A stretch of 64,000 bases of DNA from Catajapyx aquilonaris (Eukaryota), in assembly GCA_000934665.2 (NCBI GenBank), contig JYFJ02001287.1:1-64000 (forward strand), read 5' to 3'. Every line of letters starts with the position of its first letter. Position 1 is the stretch's first letter. Positions 24,667 to 38,488 of the stretch are shown here, piece after piece. The notes beneath the pieces were generated by a model, which did not search any database, was not told the DNA's origin, and saw only the letters and a list, made by a program, of their open reading frames with translations. The position numbers were made by a program, and so were the translations under genes.

Positions 24667-27600
24667 AGACGGCGTCTACCTGGGACATGCAGAACTGCAC
24701 TTCTTCCCCTCAGCTTGAGCTGGTTGTGTATGCCCCTGAACTCACCGTCTTGAGACTGCAAGTCAAATGGGTCTTCATGCTGCACACCTATGGCTTCGCA
24801 TGCCTCTTCTTTATGCTCGCCTTCTACTCCTTTTTCTCCATTCTCAACCTGAGGTAAGTTAATAAAAAAATTGAGGACGAATTTAGTCATTCATCAGGAT
24901 TTAGACAAATAGGATTTACTGTTGGTAATTAGGCTCTGACACGATGGTTTCGATGTATTCATATATGAAAGAGTATGTCTGAATGATTATAACACTGCTA
25001 CCTTAATACGGCCTCGTCTAGAAAATGCTTGAGTGTCTAAGAGACATTGTGGCATCACGCTTCACTAATTTGCAGGAAAAGGTCCGTCTTAATCCGTAAT
25101 TTTTGATGGGTAACTTGATCGTGTTTACCGTCAGTATGGCCAAATGGTGAAAGAATGTCAACCTTAAGTGCTGGGTGAGTGTTGAAGGATGGTTTTCTGG
25201 AAAGTTGACACCACAATGTTATATAGTCGTGGTCCAATTCCGTGATGCCACACTTGAAGACAACATTTACTCGGGTTCTTAGAAGCTAAAGCATATTTTC
25301 GCAAATGGTTTTCATCTTTTTGCCTGACGGGTTTTTTCAAAAATACCTAGATTTGGCTGTAGTATCCTACTGGCATAGTCATAAATCCGGATCGTAATCC
25401 ACATAAAACATTCATAAACCCTCTCTAATCCTTTCCAACCCCTCATAAACCATAAATTGTGTGTACCAGTTCGGTGGCTGCACATGCACGTTGCATCAAC
25501 ACCCTCCAACTGAGAACTACGTGTACCAAGCCCTGATAACGAGAGTGCTCTTACCTTGCTACGGTATCAAGTATCTCAAGCGCTTGAACACCTGCCGTGC
25601 TACAAAGTTTCACATCATTCTATACCCTTCTATAAAGTGTCTGAAGCCGCAATGGAGCCTCTTTCCGGTGCCCCAAAAATCCCTCACTTTTACTGGGGGT
25701 ACGACGAGCACAACCGCCACGTCCCTGTGGACGACGTGACATGTCACCCACTACTCCCCCACTTTTGCCAAGCCCAGTCATGCACACAAACGTTCTGAAT
25801 ATCAACGGCGTGAAATGAGGGGTCCGTTCCGCAAGGTGGTCCTAAGTCCCCTGGATGCTAATTAGGGCTAACAGCCAAGCTCATCCCTTTTGGAGGAATT
25901 AACCATCCCCGAGACTTTTCCTTACTTAGAGCATGGTGTCTGAAATAAGCTGTTTATAATATTAAGCAGTTGATTTCAAACTGCTAAATGGGCGGTTAAC
26001 ATAAATATTGCTTATGTATGAGATTTTTTGTCTTTATGCTTGTATAATGTGAGCATGAAATTTTGTAAATTCGGAATCACTTTTGGGTCACACCCTGTGC
26101 CTCCCCTTATTCGATCCCCTAGCTTCAACCCGTGCTGTATACATGAGCTACCACGATTTTCCGCAGCCGCATTGATCCGGCCAGCAGCCTCTCCAAGGGG
26201 TAGGGCGTATCATCTCTCAATCATCACGCCGATTCTCCCATTTGACTCCAACCACGCTTTTCAGATTACACACAAGGTTGGGTTTCCCTAGGCTTCCTCT
26301 CGTATCCAGGCTGGCATAGATATCACAATGGAGAGTGGTTGAAGGCACAACATCAGGGTCCTCTTGCTAAGAAAGCAACCGTCAACCGGCAAGTGGTGTC
26401 ACTTGAATCTGTATGTCAATATTGACATACAGATTCCAATGACAACACTTGACGGTTCGATTCTGGCTTAAACTGCAGTTAACTTTAACGGTCAGTTAAA
26501 TGGGAGAATTCCGATTCAGGGATGGGTTTGTTTTCTCTGGCTTTTCCATAAGAGGATCTCTTCTCGCATGGAATTGCTAAACATCTACGGAGCCCTTTTT
26601 GGCCCCTTGATCACTCTACCGAATCAACTCACAAGCAGAAAGCATCCAGCTTCCTTTGAACGTCTGCTTTATGGGCGCCACATTTTGCAAAGCGTGCTTG
26701 GAATGGGTTTCAGACTTAAGGCGATGAGCCTGATGAGGCATCAACATCACTTCGCTCCCACCATCCACCCAATTTTACACTGCTCTGAAGCAGTGGAAAG
26801 TGCATTAGGAGTCGGGGCCCCACCTTTAAAGTTGGAACATGTTTTGAGTGAGGGCATGTTTGATGTGCAAGACAGTTATAATGTGCAAAATTTTTTGCAA
26901 TGCCAAGGCTCATTTGAGATACTAGTGAACCCGTTGCCAACATTTGGTAAAGTATGACACAGTGACAATCAAACAAACATCCGACGGAGATAATATGCTT
27001 ATTAGGAGAAAGGTGATCACACTGGAAAAATGTTTTTATAATCTCACATGCTCGCTAGCTTAATAATGATTGAATTGTACATGCATATCTGACAATAGTA
27101 TTTTGTCATTAGTCGTACACTATGTAAATGAACAAATTAGAGCGTTAATCACATTCGCCACTTATCAAATTACAGATTCATTAGTCTCGCCTTCCATCTA
27201 CCCTGACTTTTTCAAAAGCACTGAAGCTCAGGGCTATAAAGCTTGGCCCGTTTGTCACGTCGCGACCTCGTCTACTACGGCAGAATAAAGGATTTCTTAT
27301 TCATGCCTGCCAGCCCGGGCCGCATTCCAACACCGACTTCCAAATAATCGAATCATGGCTTTGCTAGGAACCAACTGCTGCGGAAGCCAAGGGTCGTCTT
27401 CGGAATAGGGGGAGGGGGGACTTCGTCCAAACAACTTTGCCTGTACTAACAGGAAGATCCTGTTTGCGGTAGAGTCTCACCGTTTCGTAAACTCTACCTA
27501 TCTATGCAAAAGTCGAGCCAAAAGTTTACGCGGGCTAATGCAGGGTGAGTGTGCAAATTTGAACAGCCATTCCTCTTTCCAAGCGCCATTCTTCATTGCT

Positions 27601-30600
27601 GTAATTTGACTTTTCGTTTTGGGGGTCTGCGGCTGGAGTGTGGGGATATGAATAATCTGTGAGTGGATAAGAGGAGATGGGCCAGGGGGCGAATGGACAA
27701 CAGAAAATGAGGACCGGTGCTCCCAGAAGAGGTCAGGAGTGGCATACACCAGCTATTTCAAATAAATTAATGGGGCCTCGCGGGTCAAAAGGAGAGGCTT
27801 GCTGGACATTTTCTGTCGGGTGCCATTTAAAAGTCTATCAATTAAGGCTGGAAAGTCCTCCTAGAGTGCGATGAATTTTAATTAGAGGAGAGTAGCCCTG
27901 GCATATCAAGAGCAAGATAGAGCATAGAGGTACTGTTCACTGATTTCATCCTGAGAATCATGCAACAGCACCCTTGTCCAATTGAAAGTATAACTTGCAG
28001 GAGCAAACTTTAGACTTCCAGCAATATGCGCGTCTTATGTCTAATTATGACACAGAATCGCCCAGAGCCACGGATTTTCTGCGACATTGTGGAAAGAAAT
28101 AGGTCAAACCAGCAGGTAAGCGGGTGCGCACACTTCTTTTGTGAAGTCTTCACAATGCCTGCAGAGCAAACACAAGCTGGCCAGCATGCCCATTGATGGA
28201 CGTTTCCGTTTTCCCTTCCTTTCAGGACTTGCCATTGTCGCTGTTCTTTATGGCGTCCTGGTCACTGTTATTTGAGCAGCAACTGTATATACGTGCTCTT
28301 TGTTGGTTTCCTTGCGACTGCATCGCACCGCATTGCTTTGATCTCGTCAAATCATAAGTTCAACCCTTTCTCACTTTCTCAGTCAGAGTCGTATACTCTG
28401 AATGATGTTGTCTACACGAGCATTATTTTGTCTTCCCTCATGATATTTCACAAATTCCAAGCATCGCAGAATCACTAGTAAGCAATAATGCAGTAACAAA
28501 ATTGCTAAAAATGTAACATTTTGCTCCTTGCAGGCTATAAATGCTACATAAACATTGAAAATGTACCCCAAAGCAACGAAATGTAGTAGTAATAGTAGTA
28601 GTAGCAGCAGCAGCAGCAGTAGTCGTAATTTTTTTAAATTTATTTAAAATAAATAAATAAATAAATTACGTGATGTAGGGAAGTTTGGTGAGTGTTACAA
28701 CAGGAATTATAATAACAATTATTTTTGTTCGCAGGTCTCAAATCTCGAATCGGCCATACATGTCCACGATCAACGGATTCCTTTGCCTCTTGGGAGTGTC
28801 TCGAGCGGCTTGTCTTCTCATCGATCCTTACGACTTGAAGGAAGTAAGTGTGGTGCACAGTATATCATTCTGACTCTTCATCCATCATGTTCAACTTGTG
28901 GGGGCAAGCTCGCCCACTGCTTGCTAAACTGAATTTTACATCCATTTCCGCACGCAGTAATGGTCGATTCACAAGAGCACCACTTTAGGCTATTGTACAT
29001 CCCATAATGCCACATAAGCTCACTTTGCATGACAGTGTTCTGGGTATGATGTATCGAGCATTGTAGCTATATCCGGCCTTTATGACCACCAGAACTTGGG
29101 ACCAAACAAATGGCCTGCTCTTCCTTTGTTGGCATTTAAATTGATGACTGCCATAACAGAGTTAAAATGCAATCCACCTGTCTGATGACATGACTATCGG
29201 CACATCACGGTATACATTTGAAAGTACGTATTTACATCAATGATGTTAACATAATATGGGTAGATTATGTCAGTTGTTTGTTGTGTCAAAATGTTTGGTG
29301 CTTGGGAACATTCCGCCAGAATTTTCGTCTTATATGAATACTATAGTGAGGACAGCGCTTCTTTGAGAGTCTTCTTTCCTTCTCCAATTTCATTAGTGGC
29401 GGAGTGGAAGATAAATGAGGCGGAGCATGAGCGTGTCGAGACAGCAAGGGATGTCTCAGCAAACGCATAATCAAAGGAGCTATAAACGACCCAATCTGGC
29501 AGTCAATTCTCCCTCAGTCGCCTCACCGGAAATTGGGTTCTTCCCTCGCTCTGATTAACTATTGTTGTGGACGCTGGACTTTCCGGGATTTCACTCCTTT
29601 TTTTTCTCATTCACTGAGAGCATCTAGTGAGGCATGGATTCAAAGAGATCTCCGCTGGACCGTGACAGATTTGTTTACAAAAGCAGAGGCCGGCCTTTCT
29701 GCTTGGGTCATTTTTTTAAAAGCGCTTTTACAGATGGTCAAGAGCTCGCTGACTGACCAAATTACTTGCAAAATTGTCATTTGCATGTCGGATATTGCAG
29801 GCACACTTTCACAGCTTCCAAAAGAAAATGGACCAAATAATGGATTTTCAATTCCAGACGATGCCAACTGTGATCGGATCGATCATGTGGGATGTGGGCT
29901 TCCCTTGCCTGATCTCCACTTTTGGTCTCATTCAGCTTGCATTTCTGCAATTCACTCAGGTAAGTTGATTTGCGCACATGAAGTACAGGACAGCAATATT
30001 GGAATTGTCTACTACATTGACTACACCTAATAAATTCTGGAAACGCTACGTTTTGCGTTAATTATTTGAAAATTGGGAAAATTGAGCAAATTAAACTGTT
30101 TTTAGAGCGTCAAGAATGGCCATTTCAATAGGGTCTGGTCGTAAATAATCGCAGGGTTTCAATAGACGGCTGTGGAATAGTTTACTGGTCTGCTTTTAGT
30201 TGGCCACAATAAAATGGTTTACGGTGCCTGGGTACTGTGGGAAAATGGGTTGGGTATAATTTGGGAGTCGGCGCTTTTAATCGGGTTGCGCCAGGAGAAT
30301 AGATCTTGGCAAGCTTGGGCTTTCCATAATTTCAGGGCTGGGAGCACTCATGACTTGCTAATTGAAATCGATCATCGTCTAATTTGTACATTGAAGGGTC
30401 ATTTCCTTCATCTCTTTTGAGTAACTTTATCCCCCCCCCCCCAACTTTTCAGTTTTGCGAGCCTTTTTGTGCCTTATGCGGGTCCGGCTATTTATATCGG
30501 CGGTTAATGTTCTGGAAACAAGGTCAGTCGGAATAATAACGCGGTGGCACACAGAGAAATTATTTTTACCTATAATTTGCAGTTTCCATTGAAGGTAAGA

Positions 30601-33600
30601 ATCTAGTGGCCTTCATGCTCTGCTGCTTACAAAACCCGGCTAGAGAGAAGAGCATAAAGATCAAAGAGAATTTAATTGCGAGTCCAACTAACTCCAGGCT
30701 CAGAGTTGGGAAGCTGATTGATTACAGGCTGCCGGAATATTTATAATGAAATTAATCCCGTGCATACTACAATCATGCTAATGTTACATGGTGGAAATTA
30801 TATAATTTACTCTTGCTATAATCTGATAATTCTGCACAATATGTTGCAGAGATATTGTAAAGCTGTGATGCTATTGATATAAATTTTGTTATAATATTAT
30901 TAGGCTAGCAGTCAACTAAACGGATCATGAAAGTGTAACTATTTGTTTATAAAAAAATAACGGTTGTTTTAGTTATATGGTCCTATCCCACCCTCTGCCA
31001 TTAGTGTGTTTTTAACTTTAGGAAGCTTTTCTCATAATCGTCCTCATTTAAGGAAGCTGCACGTCATAGTAAGCATCGTACAGTAGGCTAATAATTATGG
31101 GACGGAAAATAGCACCGTTTTGTAAATCCACAACTAACCGATGGACACAGATTGTAGCATTAATTGGCACTGTATAGTGGACTAATGGGTATGAATTGAT
31201 TTGAGATAAAACAGCATTTGGCGTGTTGGTTTACAAACTATATAAATGGCTTTAATAGGTTAACACTCTGTCATAACTGAATTGAATTAGTACATCGGTG
31301 CGCAGCTTCGGTGATATTATAGTTGGATTATTAGGCTGGCTATCAACTAATTTGATTATAAAAATGAAATGTGCGTCTAATAATTTAATTGCAGTAGATG
31401 TTGGGGTTTGGCTAGCCTGAGGGGCAGTCACTTTGTTCATCAGAGAACAGTTTTAATTTAAATTGAATCCTTGGAGCTGTCAACATACAGACGCTGTAAA
31501 ACGAGTACGTGCCAAATGTTCAGTATCAGGAGAACCAAGTATTCCTTTGATGAGATGCACATGAATATCCGAGCTTTTTCTCAAATATTTGTTCACCGTG
31601 GTGCTTTAAAAGCCTGCACACTCCTGCTGCAGCATTTACATGGCTGTTGTACAGTACTGTACAAGCATCGCAGGCGACGCAATGTGTTTTCAAACAACAC
31701 AGCTGTGTTGTACATCACCAGCGCAACTAAATAAATTATTCATCGGGTATGGTGGAGCTCAGGTGCTCCACATACTGTACGTATGTGCATGCAGCACATT
31801 CGTTCCCTCATGTGTCCAACCTGGATATCAAACTTCCTTATATGTGACCCAAAATGCTAAAAAAAATGGTGTGACCCTGATTGTGTTGGTTTCTCTTTCC
31901 ATGCCTGTGTGTTTCGTGTGTGTCGATGGGCCTACCACAGACTGTACCTCAGCACAAACTCTGGCAACTATCTCCCAATACTACTGTCTACATTGTTTCC
32001 CAGTGGAAGTACGCGAAGAAATACGTGGTACAGTAATTCCCCCGCTCTTCTAGGGCAGTCCTAGCCACTTTCGCTTTACACTTCTTTCACGCCTTTCATT
32101 CTCCATGGCTTTTGCATGGTGCATGAGCATGCCTCTCTTTGTGGTGTCTTTGCTGATATGTATGAACGCCAGAACTCTCTTTACCTCTGTATGATGGAGA
32201 ACAAGATTTTCACAATTACCTGATGTCACCAAATTATTTTCAAAGCCTGCAAATAATTGGGGGGGTTCTCTGCAGTTCTTTTACAGATCAAGTGATTATT
32301 CCGATCATTGTGTTGTACTGTGCAAAAATTTCCAATAGCGTCAGGTGTGGGTAAACTATGAATGATGTGCTACTTTAACAAATTAAGTTCGTGGAGATAT
32401 GTGTGGGTACGAATTCGAGTACATACGTATAATAATAATATACTGGAACATGTGACTAGATATAATCATCGGCTATACAATAATAGGAAACGTTTTTTGG
32501 CATATTATTACAACACTGACTTGCATATAATTATGGGGGTTGAAGTAAATATTATGGTTGGTGCCTGATATTCATCTTACACGTAGAATCATTGCAGATT
32601 ATGGAAAGTACTAACTGGGGGGTTAAAATAATATTTATGTGTCCACTACGTGCGATGATAACACGTCACGAGAATGTTTCATAAGAGCTACAAGTACAGC
32701 ATGTTAATATTTATAAATACCTATGTCTACGTACGTGCATTCCAGTAATAAGTAAGTGGTCCTGTATTATGTACAGTACGTACTGTACCAATACTCGTGC
32801 ATAATTATTCGGCCCTCTAGTCTCTAGATGAGAACATAACTGGTGACCGAGGTAGAGTATGCAATTTCTTTTTTTTTTGAAATTCCCATTATATTTAATA
32901 TTGCACCAAAATTTACCCAGAAGGTGGCGGTTTTTAATGATCTTTAAACTTCTTAACCACCTGCTATAGCGACACTTCAAGAAATTCATAATAAACTGAC
33001 TACTTTCATAGGTATAATACCAAGTCACCAGTTTTAGAATATTATTTCAATGTAATTTTCAGATGATAAATCGGACCATTATTAAGGGAAAGTGAATTAT
33101 CTCAAACGGTTTAAAAAGGTGTATAATTATGTAATGGAGTAAAAACAATCACATTCCGTATAGTGGAGACACGGTAATGAAAATCACTCCCAGACTCCCC
33201 TTTAACGAGGCACTGGTGATGGATTCAGGTGTCGGTGTATCGGCTTTCGAGGGAATTAAGCGGACAATTATTCTGCAGACCACACGTCTGTCCATGATAT
33301 TGTCAACTTAACTACTCACCAGAGCAGTAATGACCTAATACCGAGCGAGACACGCTCTACTCCCAGTCAAATATCCGACTCGTTATTTTTGATCTCCTAT
33401 TAAATATTAATCCAGTCCACGCAGGTTCCTTTGATTTATAGAAATCTAGATGAGACTAAAAAAATATAATCGTATATCAAAGTGACGCTTTTGCATGACC
33501 CGCATTCGTAATTAATCCGCAATCGAAAACTGGTGGTTAGCGTGGACCACCTGGTACACCGGATATTCCGCCAAAAGCCATTCCTCACTCGGAGAGCGGT

Positions 33601-36600
33601 TCACAATAATGTTAACCTATGCATCTCTAACACTAGTGAGTTTGTTAAGCAGTTCTACGTATATTAAACGTTGTACTTATAGTTTGAGTCATGTCCGGGC
33701 ATGTCACTGCTTGCTTGCTTGTGGCTGACTTTAATCACGCGACAGAAAGCATTGCCGCAGTTCCTGTAACAGGCTTCAAATAGAATACGAGTTATCTTTC
33801 TCGATTTAAAATCTGCGCATTCCAGGGTGTCTAGCTTAAAAGAAAAGATCAATCACAACCCTTATCACTCTGACGTGAGTAATCTATCAGCTAAATCCAC
33901 ATGCAAGCATTCCTTCACAGCAGACAGTACCCTGCAAGTCAGCGTGTCATGTACACGAACCATTGAAGTTCAATGCCCTTCGTGGGGCACTGCTCAAGTC
34001 ATTGTCTGAGCAATTGTTTTGTAAGTCACAACAAACACTACCAAAATAATGTCCCTTCCAAAGAAAACATGACGATTTGCACCCAAATGTTTATACCCTC
34101 TGCCAGACCCTTGCGTCGGAGACCCTATATCATTCCCTGTGGAGCAACAAAGAACGGTAGAAGTTGTGTTTCTTTTGGATGGGACCTATAGTTATTTAGA
34201 ATTTGAACTCTGCATCCCCCTGATAGTGAATCCCCAGCTGCTGCCTCTGCTCGTGCTACTTTAATATATAGGACTGAAAGAGTCTTCGGATCTGGCAGCT
34301 TGTCAACTGGGGCTTCTATTGGATATCCGATCTTGATTCATTTTTTTCTTCTTCTTCTTTTTCGTCTCCACAGCTCCACTTGGGGCCGGAGAAACTACGC
34401 CGGAAGTCCTGCCTTTCCCTAGTCATCACCACACATTTCTCATGCATCATAGCTATCGATATCCTCACCAACTTTCAACCGGATCTCCTGGTAAGTCCTA
34501 GGATTTTGACTTGACACGTCCTAAACGTCAGCGACAAGTTTCAAAAGAGGATTGCTATACATGACGCGCCTTAATGTCGTCGAGTGGCACTGGAAAATGT
34601 TTCTTCGATTGAGACAGATGACACACTCAACAAAATGCAGATGTATTAGAAAAGTCTGGTTGGTGTTCATATGGGCGTCGCGTCGTTGTCTTTGTATATG
34701 GGTCGTTGTGGTTGGAATTTAATTACGATAACTCATCATTAATTGCTGTATAGGAAATTATTAAACAACTAGCGAGTAATCAGAAACTGGGTACACACAT
34801 TTTTTAAAAACTCAATTAAATAGATAGCTCTATAAAAAAATCACTCACGTTGAGTCTGCAACAACCATAAAAATTACAACATTAAATTTTGTAAGATCTA
34901 TTTTTAAGTGTTTTTTTTAAAATTGATATGTCAAGATTAGAGTAGTTGTTTGATCTGAGAGGGTTGTATCTCAGTTTTAGAGCAGATCCTGCTTTTCTGA
35001 GATAGGGAGCCTTTTGTGGGAAGAAAGGGACCTTTGAAAGGAATCCCGCAAATCCAATTTGAAAACTTTTTGCTATAGGATAGGAAAGAAAGAGGCAAAT
35101 TCTTTGTACTCGCTTCCGCCTCGCCAATTTCCCAGTGGGACTCAATTCACATTTCGGACCATTTCCCACCTTCGCTCTTACACTGTGATTTTCTCTCTCT
35201 CCCTTCCTTTTTCTATTTTTCCAGTGGGAGTTTTTTTTAAAGCATTCGACTTTAAATTGAAAATGAAGATCGCAGAAACGCCAGACCCATGCCAAAATAG
35301 TGAAGCCTTTCTGCCACACTTGACAGTTATTACCGAAATGCCTGTCACGAAGTTCGAGTAGACAATAACTTGCTAACTTTTATCAGGTCACGTTAGCAAG
35401 TGGTTTTTCTTTTGCAACTATCCATACAATGAGACTATAGGATTACAAGTCAACTACATAATGAGATATAATCACTGCGCATACTGCACCATGTATTGTA
35501 CTGATTAAGCTTTAACTTATGCACTGTTCCTCTTACAGGTGGTCAAGTTTGCAATTCAAACACTCTTCGTCATTTGGGGATTGTTCCTGTGTGGCACCTT
35601 TCTGTATGGTGGATATAAAGTAATCAGCTTACTAAAAACTGTACCCAGCGCCATTTTCCATCAAAGAGAAACTGCTGCCAATGATAGCAAAGGTAATGAG
35701 CCAGGTGGTGATTTCATATTCAATATTCTGGATGGTGAAATTAGTATTATTGTTACAACTGTTATGATTACAATATGAAGAGTTGAAAATCGCGCATTAT
35801 TGACGCCATCGCGACCCCAAAAAAACTGCCAATCGATTCTGATCAATATTTTCACATCCAACTCCTCACTTTCTCTGTCCTTGCGTTACATGAACCCCCC
35901 CACATTAACACCAACAGTAAGCAAATCCAACTTTCCCATGAAAACAGCAAAGGTGCTCAAACTCAACAGGTTAGGTCCCACTTGTAACCTTGCCTCACCT
36001 ATGCAGAGTACATGCCTTAATTAGCCTCCAAAAAATATGCATAAAATATCAATTTTTAGACCAGGCTCTGAAAAGGTCATGCAGGGTAGGAAAGGAATAA
36101 TTGGGAACCTGGGGAACATTGCAGTCTGTCTCTCACTTGTCTGTCTGTCTGACTCCCCTTGCAAGGCAATCATTTTGAAGCCAATCGATATCATGCTGCC
36201 CGACACCAGAAGCTGGCTTTTTATATGCGAGGAATGTAGTTACGACTGTGTGGGGCTGCCTGCAAAATCTCTATGTATTCATAAGCCTCCCAGCACCAGG
36301 CTTCTAGCTTCCATAGGTAGTTTCAACTTTTATGCAAATCATTACCTAGCACATGTAGCGAGACTGCTTTTTGTGGTGGCGGAATCCATTTGCGCTTTTC
36401 TCTGCCCCCAGGATACTTTCAGAGCCGTTTATACCAACAGAAGCTGGCGCCGACTGGAAAACACATGTTGTTGTTTTTTAAAATGTTGCAAAGTGTAGCA
36501 AACAAGGAGATTTAAACTGATGGAGTTTGTGCTGGGCACATATCAATATAAAATTCGGAACGATTTTTAATATGACTGTAGATTTTAATTAGAGCGCTTG

Positions 36601-38488
36601 ATGTCGCGACAAAGCAGTTTTCATTCACGGTCTAATTCAAAGTTGATGAGCTCTCATCCTCGTCGCTCCTGTAACATTTAACGTTTAATTAGAAAGTAGT
36701 TGACAAGCCAAGAGGAGCTTCGGTGGACCTGAAGAGTTTCTTGGATTCGCTTGGGACCTTGCCAGAAACCCGATTTTGGCCGATTGCGGTCTAATGCAGC
36801 TTCACTCTAATCCAGTTTCCTACGATTCGAAAACGGACAGGTTAAAATGGTTCTTTTTTTTCAATCGTGCTTTAATGTTCAATATTGAAGGCACTTTATA
36901 GCTGCCAAGACGTAAATTGAAATTTCTGAGCAGAATTTAGTGTCGAATGTGTCAAATATTCAAGATTTAGCTGTCTTAAGTTGAATAACAGCTATTCAAG
37001 TTTCGGCGAAGTCGAATTAGAAGTAACTTTTCTTTTCATTTCCATTTGAACAGGTCTTCTTCAGCTGTCGTTGTTGGCACCATTCCATAATTTGAACTTG
37101 GCAACTTCCGTCACTGCTGCAATAGCACCGACTCTCCTCACCCCAAAGATTCGGATCACTGACGAAAATGAGCAAACGTTCAGTTACGCCAGTGACAACA
37201 GCCATGTTAGCAACCAGAATGTGGCTGATTTAGGTAAGCTAGTCGCCTCTTTTTTTAAAAAAATAGAGAAATCCATATACCTTTTTGCACATTTAAGGAG
37301 GTGAAGGCAAACTACTTGTTCTATATTGATTTTCAGATTTTGTACCCTTTAAAGAGATATGCTGTTATTACATCTTGTTATATATTTCCGTACAGTGTTA
37401 TTAAAATATTCAAATATCGGATTAAATCAGCTCTCCAATTAGTGACCACTAATTCCTTCCATCGTGTTGTATGTCAGATTTGGGTAACGCGAACGGTCGT
37501 ACGTCGCCTCACGTCCTGGTACGTCCATCCACCCCGGTACCTGGCTGCAGCAGCAACTTGTCTCGCCGAAACTCATCATCCGAAGACCCCTTGATGGTGG
37601 TGCGACCTCCAAGTCCAGACCCCAGAAGAAGCAGCAGCACCAGTCTTCACTCCAGAAACTCCATCAGCGGTCGAGGAACACTCGGAGTGATGGGGATGCA
37701 AAGCCGGAGAACAAGTGGAGCCAGGTACGTTCACACAAACTGGACCTGGTTCACTTTGCCATTGACGTCATCGTTTTGTTCACCAATAATGTTTCTATTT
37801 GCAATGTAGTGTCGGGGGAGGTTCGTGTAGCAGTCGGCGAGGCAGCGAGACTAGTCGGAGGGGCAGCGAAGGGGTGGCCCTGATGTGCAGTAGCCCCGGG
37901 GCATCCAGACGGGCATTGATGGACACGGGCGTGGGCATAGGGGCGGGCGTGGGGCTTAACCTGGGGCTGAGTGGAGCTGGTTGTTCAAGCGTCCGTAAGA
38001 GCAGTCGTAGGAAAGTGGAACCGGACTTTGAGAGCGCCGAGACCTCGCTTCTGTCCGGCGGTATGGGAACCACGTCCGGTATCGACAGCAGCGGTACCGG
38101 CGGCCTTGGAGTGGGCGAGGCGGTCACTCTTCACTCGATCCTTAACCACATCGCGTATGTGAACCAGGCCGCTGTGGACTACAAGGACGGGCAGAGGACA
38201 AGCCGAAAGTCGCAGGTGCAGAAGGTGCTGCACGTCACCTACATGACCGCGGTGCTAGGAGTGTTGCTGTGCCTGGCAGACATCGCGCGCATTTACAGCA
38301 CCTACGGACTGTTCGCTTCCGAAGCGCACCCTTACCCCTGGCCATGGTTCGCCTTCCAGACCGTGTCCAGGCTGCTGGAGCTGGTCATGGGCTGCTTGGT
38401 GGCCAATGTCACCAAGCAGCCCGTCAACCGACATAGCCACTACGCCTACTCGCTCAGGCTCAAGCACAGAGAATCGCTCTACATGTGA
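24667..38488 (+). CDS. Proline-rich transmembrane protein 3/4-like (PRRT3/PRRT4 family) multipass membrane protein; N-terminus uncertain
   Basis: In-frame GT-AG exons 24667-24853, 28735-28843, 29858-29959, 34374-34490, 35539-35692, 37054-37233, 37478-37724 and 37810-38488 (TGA). About 7 hydrophobic helices with motifs HTYGFACLFFMLAFYS, LLIDPY, WDVGFPCL and PYPWPWFAFQTVSRLLEL, plus a long Ser/Gly/Arg-rich loop. The start is either ATG 24687 (MQNCT...) or an upstream exon. Confidence 0.8.
26377..26457. repeat. Palindromic/fold-back element with a perfect 32-bp palindrome core
   Basis: GAATCTGTATGTCAAT|ATTGACATACAGATTC at 26405-26436, with imperfect arms extending to AACCGTCAA...TTGACGGTT. Confidence 0.85.
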
